A DNA stretch of 64,000 nucleotides from Methanomassiliicoccales archaeon (GCA_004377185.1 SOIM01000058.1:67828-131827), one strand, 5' to 3'. Counted from the first letter of the stretch, positions 1 through 9,236 are shown. Program-made: numbers and translations. The notes: generated by a model from the sequence alone, not told the origin.

Positions 1-1862
1 ACCATTTCGTTGGCACACACACCGCACCCGTTGCAGAGGGCAGGGTCTATCTCGATCACATCCTCCTCCATGCGGAAAGCAGGGCAACCGAACAGGTTCA
101 TGCACAGCTGGCATTGGGTACAAATATCTTGGTCAATCTGATACTTGGCTATCTTCTTCCCTTTCTTCCTCTTCTTTCTAACGTCAAGCAATATGCACGG
201 ATGCCTTGCGACTACCACGGACACGCCTTTCGTCTTCACAGCTTTCTCCAGGGCTTTCACGAGGGCGTCTAGGTCAAGAGCGTCCACGACTGCAACGGTG
301 TCAACTCCGCAGGCCTTCGCCACATCTTCTATCAAGATCTTCCTGGTGTCCTCTCCCATCGCTGTCATTCCCACCCCGGGGTGGGTTTGGAACCCGGTCA
401 TTGCAGTGGTGGCATTGTCCAATACCAGAACATTGATGTCCGCCTTGTTGTAGACCGCGTTGAGCAGAGGGGGAATCCCTGAATGGAAGAATGTGGAATC
501 GCCGATTGTGCACACGATGCGATTATCTATGACCTTTGAAAGACCGGTTGAAATTCCAATACTGGATCCCATGCAGAAGTTGGTGTCAACGGCATTTAGA
601 GGGCTCTGGTAACCAAGTGTATAACAACCGATGTCCGAGGGTTTAACGATGCCTCCCTTCTTCTTCAACTTCAGGTTCTTTTCAACGACATTGATCGCAA
701 AGAAAGCGGTTCTATGACCGCAACCCGGACAAAGCACTGGCGGTCTTGGAGGAATGAGAGCCTGGGCCTCCTTCCAGATTCTGTTTGCCTTCCCAAAATA
801 TGATGGAGTCTTCCGACCCAGGAACTTGCTGAGACCAACGGCAACCTCTCTGGGACCCATCTCACCTGCCTTTGGAAGGATGTCCTTTCCGTGAATTTCG
901 GTATCCAAGGACAGCTCATGCGCGATGCTCCTCAGACATGTCTCCACAAATGCCTCCACTTCCTCCACTACAATTACTTTCTCATTGGCTGAAAGGAACC
1001 GCTTAATCTTCTTTCTGGGAAGCGGGTAAGGTGTTCCGATCCTAATCAGTCCGACCTTCTTGCCCAGACCCAAAGCCTTGAACGCCTCCCTGACCACATT
1101 ATGGGTCACGCCACAGGAGATCACACCGAATTCGCCATCACCCTTGGAAATGATCTTGTTGAAGGGGAGCTTCTCGACTTCTTTCTTTATCTTCTCCATT
1201 CTTTCTATGAGTTCAAGCCTCATTCTCCTGGCATTGGCCGGAAGGTTGACCCATCGTTCTGGAATGCGCTGGAACTGTCCCTTTCTCTTTGTCTTTGTCA
1301 CAGGGCCAAGAGTGATGTCCGCTGAAGAATGACCGATTCTTGTGGTTGATCTGAAGAGAACTGGCTGGCCCCATTTCTCAGAACATTCCAGGGCGGCCTT
1401 TGCCATCTCATGAGCGCCTTTAGGTCCAGGGGGTTCGAAAATCGGTAGGTAAGCTTCCCTGGCGAATAGACGGTTGTCCTGTTCGGTGTGAGAGCTGTGC
1501 ATTCCTACGTCATCCGCAGAGACAAGGACTATGCCGCCGACTGTACCCATGTAGGTGAATGCCTGGAAAGGTTCAGATGCAACGTTCACACCCACGCCTT
1601 TCATGGAAACCACAGAGCGCAGACCGCTCATGGCAGCGGAAATGGCGACTTCGGCAGCGACCTTCTCGTTCGTGGACCATTCGGCATATATCCCGTATTT
1701 CTCGGCAACAGAGAGAAGAGTGAACAGGATCTCAGAAGCAGGAGTACCTGGGTAAGAAGAAGCGACTTGTATTCCGCCTTCGATGAAACCTCTCGCGATG
1801 GCTTCGTTCCCAAGAAGAAGGGTTCTCTGACCCGACCGACCTGCCACGTTTGGGATTGCCAT
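1..1862 (-). CDS. iorA: Indolepyruvate:ferredoxin oxidoreductase alpha subunit (IorA-like 2-oxoacid:ferredoxin oxidoreductase); C-terminus runs off the window 5' edge
   Basis: Hand translation of the minus strand from ATG (complement of 1860-1862): MAIPNVAGRSGQRTLLLGNEAIARGFIEGGIQVASSYPGTPASEI... (IorA N-terminal TPP-enzyme signature). The frame is open to position 3 and encodes CTQCQLCMNLFGCPAF and CNGCGVCANEM 4Fe-4S motifs near the window edge. SD GGGGGTTAGGAGG upstream. Not in the ORF track because it is edge-truncated. Confidence 0.8.
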   Translation of the reverse strand, partial: MAIPNVAGRSGQRTLLLGNEAIARGFIEGGIQVASSYPGTPASEILFTLLSVAEKYGIYAEWSTNEKVAAEVAISAAMSGLRSVVSMKGVGVNVASEPFQAFTYMGTVGGIVLVSADDVGMHSSHTEQDNRLFAREAYLPIFEPPGPKGAHEMAKAALECSEKWGQPVLFRSTTRIGHSSADITLGPVTKTKRKGQFQRIPERWVNLPANARRMRLELIERMEKIKKEVEKLPFNKIISKGDGEFGVISCGVTHNVVREAFKALGLGKKVGLIRIGTPYPLPRKKIKRFLSANEKVIVVEEVEAFVETCLRSIAHELSLDTEIHGKDILPKAGEMGPREVAVGLSKFLGRKTPSYFGKANRIWKEAQALIPPRPPVLCPGCGHRTAFFAINVVEKNLKLKKKGGIVKPSDIGCYTLGYQSPLNAVDTNFCMGSSIGISTGLSKVIDNRIVCTIGDSTFFHSGIPPLLNAVYNKADINVLVLDNATTAMTGFQTHPGVGMTAMGEDTRKILIEDVAKACGVDTVAVVDALDLDALVKALEKAVKTKGVSVVVARHPCILLDVRKKRKKGKKIAKYQIDQDICTQCQLCMNLFGCPAFRMEEDVIEIDPALCNGCGVCANEM

Positions 1863-1968
1863 CTCTCCTCCTAACCCCCTTCCAGTTAGCCATTTCCTAT
1901 GACAACCAATGGAATACGAACTCTTGATTTAGACTTTTGGTAGGGTCAAAGAAAACGTCGAATAATAT

Positions 1969-2466
1969 TCAGTCAACCCAAAATCTGCGCAGACAGACCT
2001 CGTCCCCATTGGGTATTGATTTCACCGTCTTCCACTTGACGTTCGTCCCAAGCTCCTTGTTAATGTCAGCAACAAAGGTTTCCAACCACTTATCACAGCC
2101 AGCCTGATCCTGATCTAATTTGTCCAACCTCTGATGCCACTCAAACCACGGACATCCAACATGCTGTGCGAACGCCTCCTTCTCATCCTTTCCTTCAATC
2201 AACTCTGCGTCCTCACCCATGGACTGGCTGCTGAAAACAAAGTTCTCTGCAATCTGCCTAGGAAGCGACTTATCAGGATCAATATGCTTCAGATACCCCT
2301 TCGCCGTATCGTGCCCGACAATCTCCCAAAACTTGAGAACCAAATCCATTTCACTTACATCTGGACAAAGCTCTTTCGCAGCTCTCAACCACTCGAAATG
2401 GGACGCCCTTTGTATCTGGCTGAGCATGTTGAACTTCTTCTCTATCGGTATCTCCAATTCAAACAC
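1969..2466 (-). CDS. Hypothetical small Cys-containing protein (possible ATC-hydrolase-like fold); function unknown
   Basis: 165-aa ORF packed between iorA and the OYE-like gene in the same operon. Contains VGCPWFEW...AGCDKW. No confident family assignment. Confidence 0.5.
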   Translation of the reverse strand: MFELEIPIEKKFNMLSQIQRASHFEWLRAAKELCPDVSEMDLVLKFWEIVGHDTAKGYLKHIDPDKSLPRQIAENFVFSSQSMGEDAELIEGKDEKEAFAQHVGCPWFEWHQRLDKLDQDQAGCDKWLETFVADINKELGTNVKWKTVKSIPNGDEVCLRRFWVD

Positions 2467-2467
2467 C

Positions 2468-4441
2468 CTAGATCCTCATACCCGTGATGTACCCTTCCCT
2501 GAGTGCAAGTGTCATGTTCCTCGGTGCGGTTGCATCACCAATCATAATAATCTCCTCACAGAAGTCGTACAGTGAAGCAAACATCGCGTCCTCGGAGACC
2601 ATCACGGCAATCGCCACCGTGTCAGCTGGAATTGTCTTTTCTCCCTCGGGACCTATGAATCTGACACCATCGTCAGTTATCTCTTTCACCTTGGAGCTGG
2701 TGTACTGCTCCACATTCCCTTCCCTCAACCTCTTCATGTACCGCCACCGATAGGAGGCGTCTATGTCCATTCCCAGTTTCTTCATCTCCTCGATGATGGA
2801 TATCTTGTGGCCGCCTTTGTGTACAAGGAACTGGGCCGTAGAGACCCCCATGGCTGATCCTCCGACGACTACCACTCTCTCTCCGACGTCTACTCTCCCC
2901 TCGATAAGGTCATGACAGTTGACCACGTGTTTCTTGTCCGCTCCCGGAAGGTTCTCTGCCTTTGGGGAAGCACCTGTTGCCATTACTATCACGTCAGGTG
3001 TCATAGCTCCGGTGTGAGGTTTGGGGAATATCCTTGGGGTTGCCTGGGTATTGAGTTCAATCTTGACTCCGAGCTTCTTGCATTGGGCTTCGAGGTAGTT
3101 GATGGGACGCATCAGTTCGTCATCGCCGTACGGTCCCTTTGATGCTGTGAAGGCTTGTCCTCCAATGTGGTCCTCCTTCTCGTAGACGGTAACATCGTGA
3201 CCCTTTTGGGCTGCCACGACAGCGCATTGCAGACCGCCTGGTCCAGCACCAAGTATCACAACCTTTCTCTTCTGCTTTGCAGGCTTGAAACCGTAGTACC
3301 CCCATTCCCCTTCCCCCTCGTGCCCGAGGGTGGGTCTGACCATACACAGCAGAAGTTGATCCCGGAAGAGCCTTGTCAAGCAGAGATTGCACGCAGTGCA
3401 TGGAATGATATCCTCCTGCCGGTCCTCGGCAATCTTGTTCGGAAGAGCTGGATCCGCTATCATCGGCCTGCATGCTTCCCAGAAATCCAGGTTCCCAGCG
3501 GCTATCGCCTCCTCTGGGTGTTCGGGTACGAACAAACGGTACGCCATCACGACCGGAGCCTTGACATGCTTCTTGACCCGCTCAGCAATGTAGAGCCAGC
3601 TTCCCATTTCGCAATCTCTCGTAATGACCGAAACAGGTGATTCCTGCCAACCGGCAGTGACGCTGTGAAAATCAACTCCCAACTCATCTGCGATCTTTAT
3701 CGACTCCAAGCATTCCTCGGGCGTGTTCCCTCCTCGGTCGTCAATCAACTCCTCCGCGCACAGCCTTATGCCAACGGGGAAGTCATTTCCGACCTCTTTC
3801 CTAACTCCTTTCAAGATATCAATCATGAACTTCGATCGCCCGCGGATATCCCCTCCGTACTCGTCCGTCCTTGTGTTGGTGAACTTGGAAAGGAAATTGG
3901 CTATCAGATAACCCACGATACCGGAAATCTCCATCATGTCGTACCCGGCTTCCACAATCCTCCTCGCACCATCGATGTGTTCCTGTACGCACTGCTGGAT
4001 ATCATCAACTGACATCTCTCTGACTGGGTGGAACAGCGGGATCTTCTGTTCTACGGCCGATGGCCCAACACAATACTCCAAGCCGACGCCACCATACCTA
4101 CCGCAGTGCATGAGTTGAGCGCAGGACAGTGCATCGTTCTCCCGAATGACATCAGCGATCTTCTTCAGACCAGGAATGTACTTGTCATCCCAGATTCCCG
4201 CCATTCCCACGTATCCTCTGGACTCACCTTTTTCGTCCGTGTAAGCTCCTTGAGTTGTGACAATCCCTGAACCACCTTTCGCCTGGGCTTCCATGTAAGC
4301 GACTTCCTTGTCCGTTACGAATCCATCCCTGTCACAGAAATTGGTCTCGGTAGACGCGTACTTGATCCTGTTCTTGGCCTCCAGTTTCCCGATTCTTCCT
4401 GGGCTGAAAATGTGCGGGTATTTCTCCTCCCCTGGTCTCAT
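2468..4441 (-). CDS. Old Yellow Enzyme-type FMN oxidoreductase fused to an FAD/NAD(P)-binding domain; 2,4-dienoyl-CoA reductase / 2-enoate reductase family with a 4Fe-4S site
   Basis: N-terminus PHIFSPGRIGKLEAKNRI (OYE TIM barrel). Central CTACNLCLTRL...C Fe-S motif typical of FadH/enoate reductases. C-terminal GAGPGGL Rossmann motif. Start placed at M7 (ATG 4441), preceded by GGGGAGGT SD; the upstream M1 lies inside that SD. Confidence 0.85.
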   Translation of the reverse strand: MRPGEEKYPHIFSPGRIGKLEAKNRIKYASTETNFCDRDGFVTDKEVAYMEAQAKGGSGIVTTQGAYTDEKGESRGYVGMAGIWDDKYIPGLKKIADVIRENDALSCAQLMHCGRYGGVGLEYCVGPSAVEQKIPLFHPVREMSVDDIQQCVQEHIDGARRIVEAGYDMMEISGIVGYLIANFLSKFTNTRTDEYGGDIRGRSKFMIDILKGVRKEVGNDFPVGIRLCAEELIDDRGGNTPEECLESIKIADELGVDFHSVTAGWQESPVSVITRDCEMGSWLYIAERVKKHVKAPVVMAYRLFVPEHPEEAIAAGNLDFWEACRPMIADPALPNKIAEDRQEDIIPCTACNLCLTRLFRDQLLLCMVRPTLGHEGEGEWGYYGFKPAKQKRKVVILGAGPGGLQCAVVAAQKGHDVTVYEKEDHIGGQAFTASKGPYGDDELMRPINYLEAQCKKLGVKIELNTQATPRIFPKPHTGAMTPDVIVMATGASPKAENLPGADKKHVVNCHDLIEGRVDVGERVVVVGGSAMGVSTAQFLVHKGGHKISIIEEMKKLGMDIDASYRWRYMKRLREGNVEQYTSSKVKEITDDGVRFIGPEGEKTIPADTVAIAVMVSEDAMFASLYDFCEEIIMIGDATAPRNMTLALREGYITGMRI

Positions 4442-4495
4442 GTTACCTCCCCTTCTCACCTTGCTGAAAGCGAAAGTTACGGATAATATTATCCT

Positions 4496-4723
4496 TCAAT
4501 CCTCAGATTTCTTTGGCCTTGTGTAGATGACCTTGATGGTCTCTTCATAACCCGCTATGCACTCGCGACATTCCTCGTCATTCTCTGTGTCAAAGGGTTC
4601 CAGTCGGACCTCAAATCCTAACGATTCGTACATTTCAACGGACTCGCTGAGCCTCGGTTCAGTAGCGGAGAACATTCTGGTCCAACCCTCTTTTTCCAGT
4701 TCTTCCTTCTTTGATTCGCTCAT
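4496..4723 (-). CDS. Small acidic hypothetical protein with a CxxC pair
   Basis: 78-aa ORF, 75 aa from ATG 4723. It lies in the same frame as the 832-aa oxidoreductase upstream, separated only by its TGA stop. It fills the gap before the OYE-like gene. No recognisable family. Confidence 0.4.
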   Translation of the reverse strand: MSESKKEELEKEGWTRMFSATEPRLSESVEMYESLGFEVRLEPFDTENDEECRECIAGYEETIKVIYTRPKKSED

Positions 4724-4732
4724 GCCTATCAC

Positions 4733-7231
4733 TCAGAACAAGTCGTCCAGTTCATCATTCCCTGCTGGAAGCTTTCCGTGAGCTTGTAGGAACTGTTGTA
4801 TCAGCTCGCTCTCCCTCTTGGTGTACATCTTGTCCTCTTCCCAGAGGAAGAACTTGGCATTCTCCCTTGTCTGAAGTTGCTCCTTCAGGGCCTGCTGCAT
4901 GTTCATTACGCCTGAGATAAAGACAATCATCTTGCTTTCGTCCAGAAGTTGGAAAACGCCTTCAGTGTCCGGTACTTCAGCTATGTTCTCCTCGGTTAAT
5001 GGTAGCCATTTCTCAGGAGGCAGAGGATTGCATCCAAGAGTTAGTCTAAGATTGCACCTCAAGCACCGTTTCGCTTCTTCCACTGCGGACGCCTCGTCAT
5101 ATCCGCGCTCGATCTGGTCGAATCCTTTCGTCCTCTCCTCAAGCGGCAGCACCGGCATCTTCACTCGGGGTTTGTCTGCAAAACCCTCTTCCTTTCCGAG
5201 ATATGGGTCTGGATCCTCCTTCTCCAGAAGCACCTCTTCCAATTCTCCGTCCCCACCAAGGAACCTGTCCATCGACATGGCGGCTGCTCGACCAAGGGCA
5301 ATGGCTTCGATGACGGAAGCAGGTCCACTGACAACTTCTCCTCCTGCGAACACGCGGGCTATGTTAGTCTGGTGGGTCCTCTTGTTAACGGTAATCCCGG
5401 GTCCCGTTGTTACGACACCGCTACCTTCCAGGGCTGACAAATCCGTGGATTGGCCTATTGCCAGTAGTATCATATCTGTGTCGATTGAGGTCGTTTCAGA
5501 TTCGTCATATTTCGGATTGAACCTGCCGTCCTCGTCAAAGACAGATGTACAGCGTTTCAGCTCGATTCCTGTGATCTGGCCATCGCCTCCGATTATCCTC
5601 TTCGGCCCCCACGAAACGTTGATCTTCACGCCTTCCTCCATAGCTTCTTTGATCTCATGTTCGAAGGCTGGCATTTCCTCCCTGGACTCCAGGCAGGCAA
5701 GCTGGACTTCCTTCGCACCAAGGCGAATAGCGGTCAATGCAACATCGATGGCTACGTTTCCACCCCCGATCACGACCACCCTTTCCGCCACCTGGACATC
5801 CTTTCCCATTCTAACATCTTTCAGGAAATCCAATCCCCAGAGAACTCCTGGAATATCAGAACCCTCAAGCGGGATCCTCTTGCTAAGCTGTGCACCTACT
5901 CCAATGTAAATGGCGTCATATCCCTGGTTCTTCAAATCCTCGAAACTCAGGTCCCTCCCGATTGCAGTGTTGGTCTTGAACTCCACTCCGAACTCTCCGA
6001 TCGCATCGATGTCCTTCTGAAGAACCTCTTTGGGCAACCGGTATTCGGGAAAAGCGTATCTCATCATTCCCCCCAGCTCTGGAAGGGCTTCGTAAACAGT
6101 TGCGGAATGGCCCTTTCTCTGCAGGTAATAGGCCGCGGACAGGCCGGATGGTCCAGAACCTATCACAGCCACCTTTTTTCCGGTTGGTGCAGGCGTCTTG
6201 ATGAACGACTTCCAAGCACCAGTGTCCTGCTCGGCAGCGAATCTTTTCAAGGCACATATGGCGATCGGCTCGTTCACCTCGTTCCTGGTGCACTCCGTCT
6301 CGCAAGGATGGAAGCATACGTTCCCCAGTGAATAGACAATAGGGGTGACTTCCCTTACGACTGCGGCCGCTTCAGCGAACTTCCCCTGTGCTATGAGATG
6401 GTTGATCCTGGGTACGTCCGTGGCGACTGGACATTCTCCGATGCATGGAACCAGGTCCTTCTCCCTGTCCGAGATTATTCTCATGTCTGTCAACGCACCG
6501 GTGGGACAGACTTCCACACACGCGCCACAGAATTTGCAGTTGGATTCCTTCAAGGTGGGACCGATGGTGCCCACTCGGAATTCTCCATCCTGATATGTCA
6601 AAGAAAGAGCGCCCACTCCTCTCAGGTCATTGCACGCTCTTACACACCTAGTACAGCCAATACAGATATTGTAGTCCCTCTTGAATAGAGGTTCGTCTTC
6701 CACTACTGGCCTATCCTTTGGCAGGTAGCGCGGTGTGTCCTCCCTGATGCCCACATACTCCGCTACCTTCTGCAGCTCACACCTTCCAAGCTCGGGACAG
6801 CACCTCTCGTTCACAGGCACGTTCAAGGAACATGGTTCTCTACTGCAGCCTTCTCTCTCCGCGCAAAGCAAACACGCATGAGGATGGTCCTTCAGAATCG
6901 CCATCAAGTGCTCTTTCCGTTTCTCCTGGACATCGTTTGTGTTGGTGTTAACCACCATGCCTTCACTGGCGACGGTGGCACAAGACTGCTGAAGTTCATC
7001 CATTCCTTGAATCTGAACGAGACACAATCTGCATCCTTCATACTCTCCAGCCTGGCCCTCGATCTTCTCACTTCCCCAGTAGATGCATTCTCCGCCTTTC
7101 AGACCCTTGGCAGCGGGAAGATTAGGATGAGAACACAATGTTGGAATGTAGATATCCGCAGACCTGGCTGCATCCAGAATGGTCGTGTTCTCGGGAACCT
7201 CTACTGAGACATCATCAATCGTCAACTTCAC
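4733..7231 (-). CDS. Fe-S flavoprotein fusion: NuoG/HndD-like N-terminal 2Fe-2S plus 4Fe-4S domains joined to a GltD-like (glutamate synthase small-subunit type) NAD(P)H:FAD oxidoreductase
   Basis: 832 aa. N-terminal 2Fe-2S-type Cys pattern, followed by HxxxC and CxxCxxCxxxCP clusters. GltD N-terminal helical ferredoxin CIGECP...CFHPCETEC. Two GxGxxG sites (VIGSGPSGL, VIGGGNVA). GTG start with GGTGGGG SD. Confidence 0.8.
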   Translation of the reverse strand: MKLTIDDVSVEVPENTTILDAARSADIYIPTLCSHPNLPAAKGLKGGECIYWGSEKIEGQAGEYEGCRLCLVQIQGMDELQQSCATVASEGMVVNTNTNDVQEKRKEHLMAILKDHPHACLLCAEREGCSREPCSLNVPVNERCCPELGRCELQKVAEYVGIREDTPRYLPKDRPVVEDEPLFKRDYNICIGCTRCVRACNDLRGVGALSLTYQDGEFRVGTIGPTLKESNCKFCGACVEVCPTGALTDMRIISDREKDLVPCIGECPVATDVPRINHLIAQGKFAEAAAVVREVTPIVYSLGNVCFHPCETECTRNEVNEPIAICALKRFAAEQDTGAWKSFIKTPAPTGKKVAVIGSGPSGLSAAYYLQRKGHSATVYEALPELGGMMRYAFPEYRLPKEVLQKDIDAIGEFGVEFKTNTAIGRDLSFEDLKNQGYDAIYIGVGAQLSKRIPLEGSDIPGVLWGLDFLKDVRMGKDVQVAERVVVIGGGNVAIDVALTAIRLGAKEVQLACLESREEMPAFEHEIKEAMEEGVKINVSWGPKRIIGGDGQITGIELKRCTSVFDEDGRFNPKYDESETTSIDTDMILLAIGQSTDLSALEGSGVVTTGPGITVNKRTHQTNIARVFAGGEVVSGPASVIEAIALGRAAAMSMDRFLGGDGELEEVLLEKEDPDPYLGKEEGFADKPRVKMPVLPLEERTKGFDQIERGYDEASAVEEAKRCLRCNLRLTLGCNPLPPEKWLPLTEENIAEVPDTEGVFQLLDESKMIVFISGVMNMQQALKEQLQTRENAKFFLWEEDKMYTKRESELIQQFLQAHGKLPAGNDELDDLF

Positions 7232-7278
7232 AGTATCCCCACCTTTGACGGAAACCGATGTTTCCTATTCAATCAGAG

Positions 7279-7566
7279 TTACCAAGAATGGGTGATTGCA
7301 CAGGGCTCGCAGGCCTCTATGCATGGTTCTGTCTTTGACTTATCCACTGGTTTGCACGGTCCGCAGGTGTACTTGATCTTCTTCCTTTCCGCTTCTATGA
7401 CCAGGGGTACTTCTTTCTCAGAGAGTGGGTCAAACGGGTCTGCGACCAATGCAAGAATCTTCGGCGGACAGACCTCAGCACATTTGCCGCAGCTGTCGCA
7501 TTTATCGGTATCGATGGTTATGAAGTACTCTCCCGATCCGTCCTTGTACCCGTAGTTGGCAAGCAT
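7279..7566 (-). CDS. 2x[4Fe-4S] ferredoxin (candidate electron donor of the adjacent ATP-dependent reductase/dehydratase)
   Basis: Internal ATG at 7566 with GGGGTGA SD gives 95 aa with CDSCGKCAEVCP and CGPC...CIEACEPC motifs. The longer track ORF would overlap the upstream ATPase gene, so the short form is preferred. Confidence 0.75.
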   Translation of the reverse strand: MLANYGYKDGSGEYFITIDTDKCDSCGKCAEVCPPKILALVADPFDPLSEKEVPLVIEAERKKIKYTCGPCKPVDKSKTEPCIEACEPCAITHSW

Positions 7567-7571
7567 CTGTC

Positions 7572-8453
7572 TCACCCCGCTTTCTGTTGCTTTTCCCACA
7601 GGGCCTTCGCGAAGAGTGCACCACCAAGGGCCCCTGCTATCTGAGTATCGAGCTTCACGTCGAGAGCCGTGATACCAAGTTCCTTCTCGATTCTCTTCAC
7701 CACACCGATGTTCTTCGCAATACCACCAGTGATCGCGAACTCCTTCTCTACCCCAAGGCGTTCCAGAAGTGTGACCACCCTGTGAGCCATTGCGGAGCAA
7801 TAGGCTGCAAGAACCTTGTTCTTTGGCCATCCTTCTCTGAGTAATCCAGTTGCCTCGGACTTGGCGAACACAACGCATGTGCTACTAACTGGCGGGGGCT
7901 CCTTCTCGACCTTGAACGACTCCTCGCCGACCTTCTCGATGTGTATGCCCAGCAAATCGGCGAAGACCTCCATTCCCCTTCCAGTGCCAGCGGCACACTT
8001 GTCGTTCATGAGGAAAGCGGTGACCTTGCCCCGCTCGTCCGTTCTGATGGCCTTGCAATCCTGTCCGCCCATATCCAGAACGGTTCTCACCGATGGGCCG
8101 TACATGTAGTTGGCTCCACGACCGTGGCAAGCGATCTCGGTTATTGCCCTGTCCGCGAAAGGTACATTGACCCTGCCGTATCCGGTGCCCACCACGTATT
8201 GAATCTTCTCTATTTCTAGACCAGTATCCTCAAGGGCCCAGTTCATCGCGTTCTTCGCACTGTCTGGACTGCTAGAACCAGTTCGCATGTTACTGTAGGC
8301 GTAAAGTTTGCCATCGAGGATAATGACAGCCTGAGAACTGACCGAACCCACGTCCACGCCGGCTGTTATGAATTCAGCGTCATTCCAATCCATCTCTGGG
8401 TCCTTCCAGTTGTACTCCTTCCATCTCCAATATTCAGAATCTGTGGTTGCCAT
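7572..8453 (-). CDS. BadF/BadG/BcrA/BcrD-family ATPase (acyl-CoA reductase/dehydratase activating subunit), copy 2
   Basis: 293 aa. ASKHA fold ATPase with VGTGYGR, DMGGQDCKAI, DKCAAGTG and CVVFAKSE motifs (cluster-bridging Cys). GGGGGT SD. Confidence 0.85.
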   Translation of the reverse strand: MATTDSEYWRWKEYNWKDPEMDWNDAEFITAGVDVGSVSSQAVIILDGKLYAYSNMRTGSSSPDSAKNAMNWALEDTGLEIEKIQYVVGTGYGRVNVPFADRAITEIACHGRGANYMYGPSVRTVLDMGGQDCKAIRTDERGKVTAFLMNDKCAAGTGRGMEVFADLLGIHIEKVGEESFKVEKEPPPVSSTCVVFAKSEATGLLREGWPKNKVLAAYCSAMAHRVVTLLERLGVEKEFAITGGIAKNIGVVKRIEKELGITALDVKLDTQIAGALGGALFAKALWEKQQKAG

Positions 8454-8456
8454 CTT

Positions 8457-9236
8457 CTAACCCCCTTCTGCCCTCTCCCTTGCTGCAAGAGCTGCCCCGA
8501 GGGCACCTACGTAATCCGGATCCTCAGGTACGAGAAGGTCCATGTTGAGGTCTCTCTTCAGAGATTCTACGAATCCCACATTCCTCGCTAATCCTCCAAT
8601 CAAGGCCACATCTTTTTCGATGGACAGTCTTCTTGTCATGGAAGAGATTCTGCTAGCCATTGCGTCATGGATTGCTCTTGCTATGTCCTGCTTTGCAGTC
8701 TTCGCATGAACGAGTGTGACGACCTCGGACTCGGCAAAAACAGCACACTGCGCGTTCATGGGAACGGCATTTTCTGACTTGAGGGACAGAGGACCCATCT
8801 CCTCGAGAGGGATTTCCAGGGCTCTGGACATCGCTTCTGTGAAGGCTCCCGCACCAGCAGCACATTTTTCGTTCACCACGAAATCCATCACTCTTCCTCT
8901 TTCGTCACATCTAAGGGCCTTTCCTTCCTCGGCACCGACTTCGATTATCGTCCTTGAGTTGGGAAAGAGAAATGTCGCTCCTTTTGCCGCGGCTCCAACC
9001 TGTGTTATCTCGTCATTCCTAAAAGGAACCTCTTTCTTGCCCACGCCGGTAGAAGTTATGTGCTTTATCTCATCTTTCGAAATCCCACCGCTCTCCAGGG
9101 CATCGTTGAAAGTTCTCTCGGCCGATTCGGTCAGGTTGAATCCACTAAGTGAAATGCTCTTTGATTTGATTTGTCCGTCGTCCAGGACAACGACCTTCAC
9201 GTACTTGGCGCCCATATCTATTCCTGCAACATACAT
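8457..9236 (-). CDS. BadF/BadG/BcrA/BcrD-family ATPase (activating subunit), copy 1
   Basis: Start at M8 (ATG 9236) with a perfect GGAGGTG SD. Motifs YVAGIDMGAKYVK, EKCAAGAG, CAVFAESE. Distinct from copy 2, which implies a heterodimeric ATPase. Confidence 0.85.
   Translation of the reverse strand: MYVAGIDMGAKYVKVVVLDDGQIKSKSISLSGFNLTESAERTFNDALESGGISKDEIKHITSTGVGKKEVPFRNDEITQVGAAAKGATFLFPNSRTIIEVGAEEGKALRCDERGRVMDFVVNEKCAAGAGAFTEAMSRALEIPLEEMGPLSLKSENAVPMNAQCAVFAESEVVTLVHAKTAKQDIARAIHDAMASRISSMTRRLSIEKDVALIGGLARNVGFVESLKRDLNMDLLVPEDPDYVGALGAALAARERAEGG

Noticed and set aside
145-513. Plus-strand ORFs 145-453, 206-436 and minus ORF 301-513
   Set aside because: They lie entirely inside the well-supported iorA reading frame on the minus strand, and have low-complexity Ala/Ser/Arg-rich translations typical of antisense frames.
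4733-4735. TGA between two same-frame ORFs as a selenocysteine codon
   Set aside because: The flanking residues (…DDLF-U-VIGM…) are not a redox motif, there is a good ATG for independent initiation 9 nt downstream, and same-frame adjacency has a 1-in-3 chance. Reported only as a low-interest observation.
4899-5909. 336-aa plus-strand ORF, Ser/Pro-rich
   Set aside because: Antisense to the strongly supported GltD-like flavoprotein gene. Composition typical of the reverse frame of a GC-balanced coding region.
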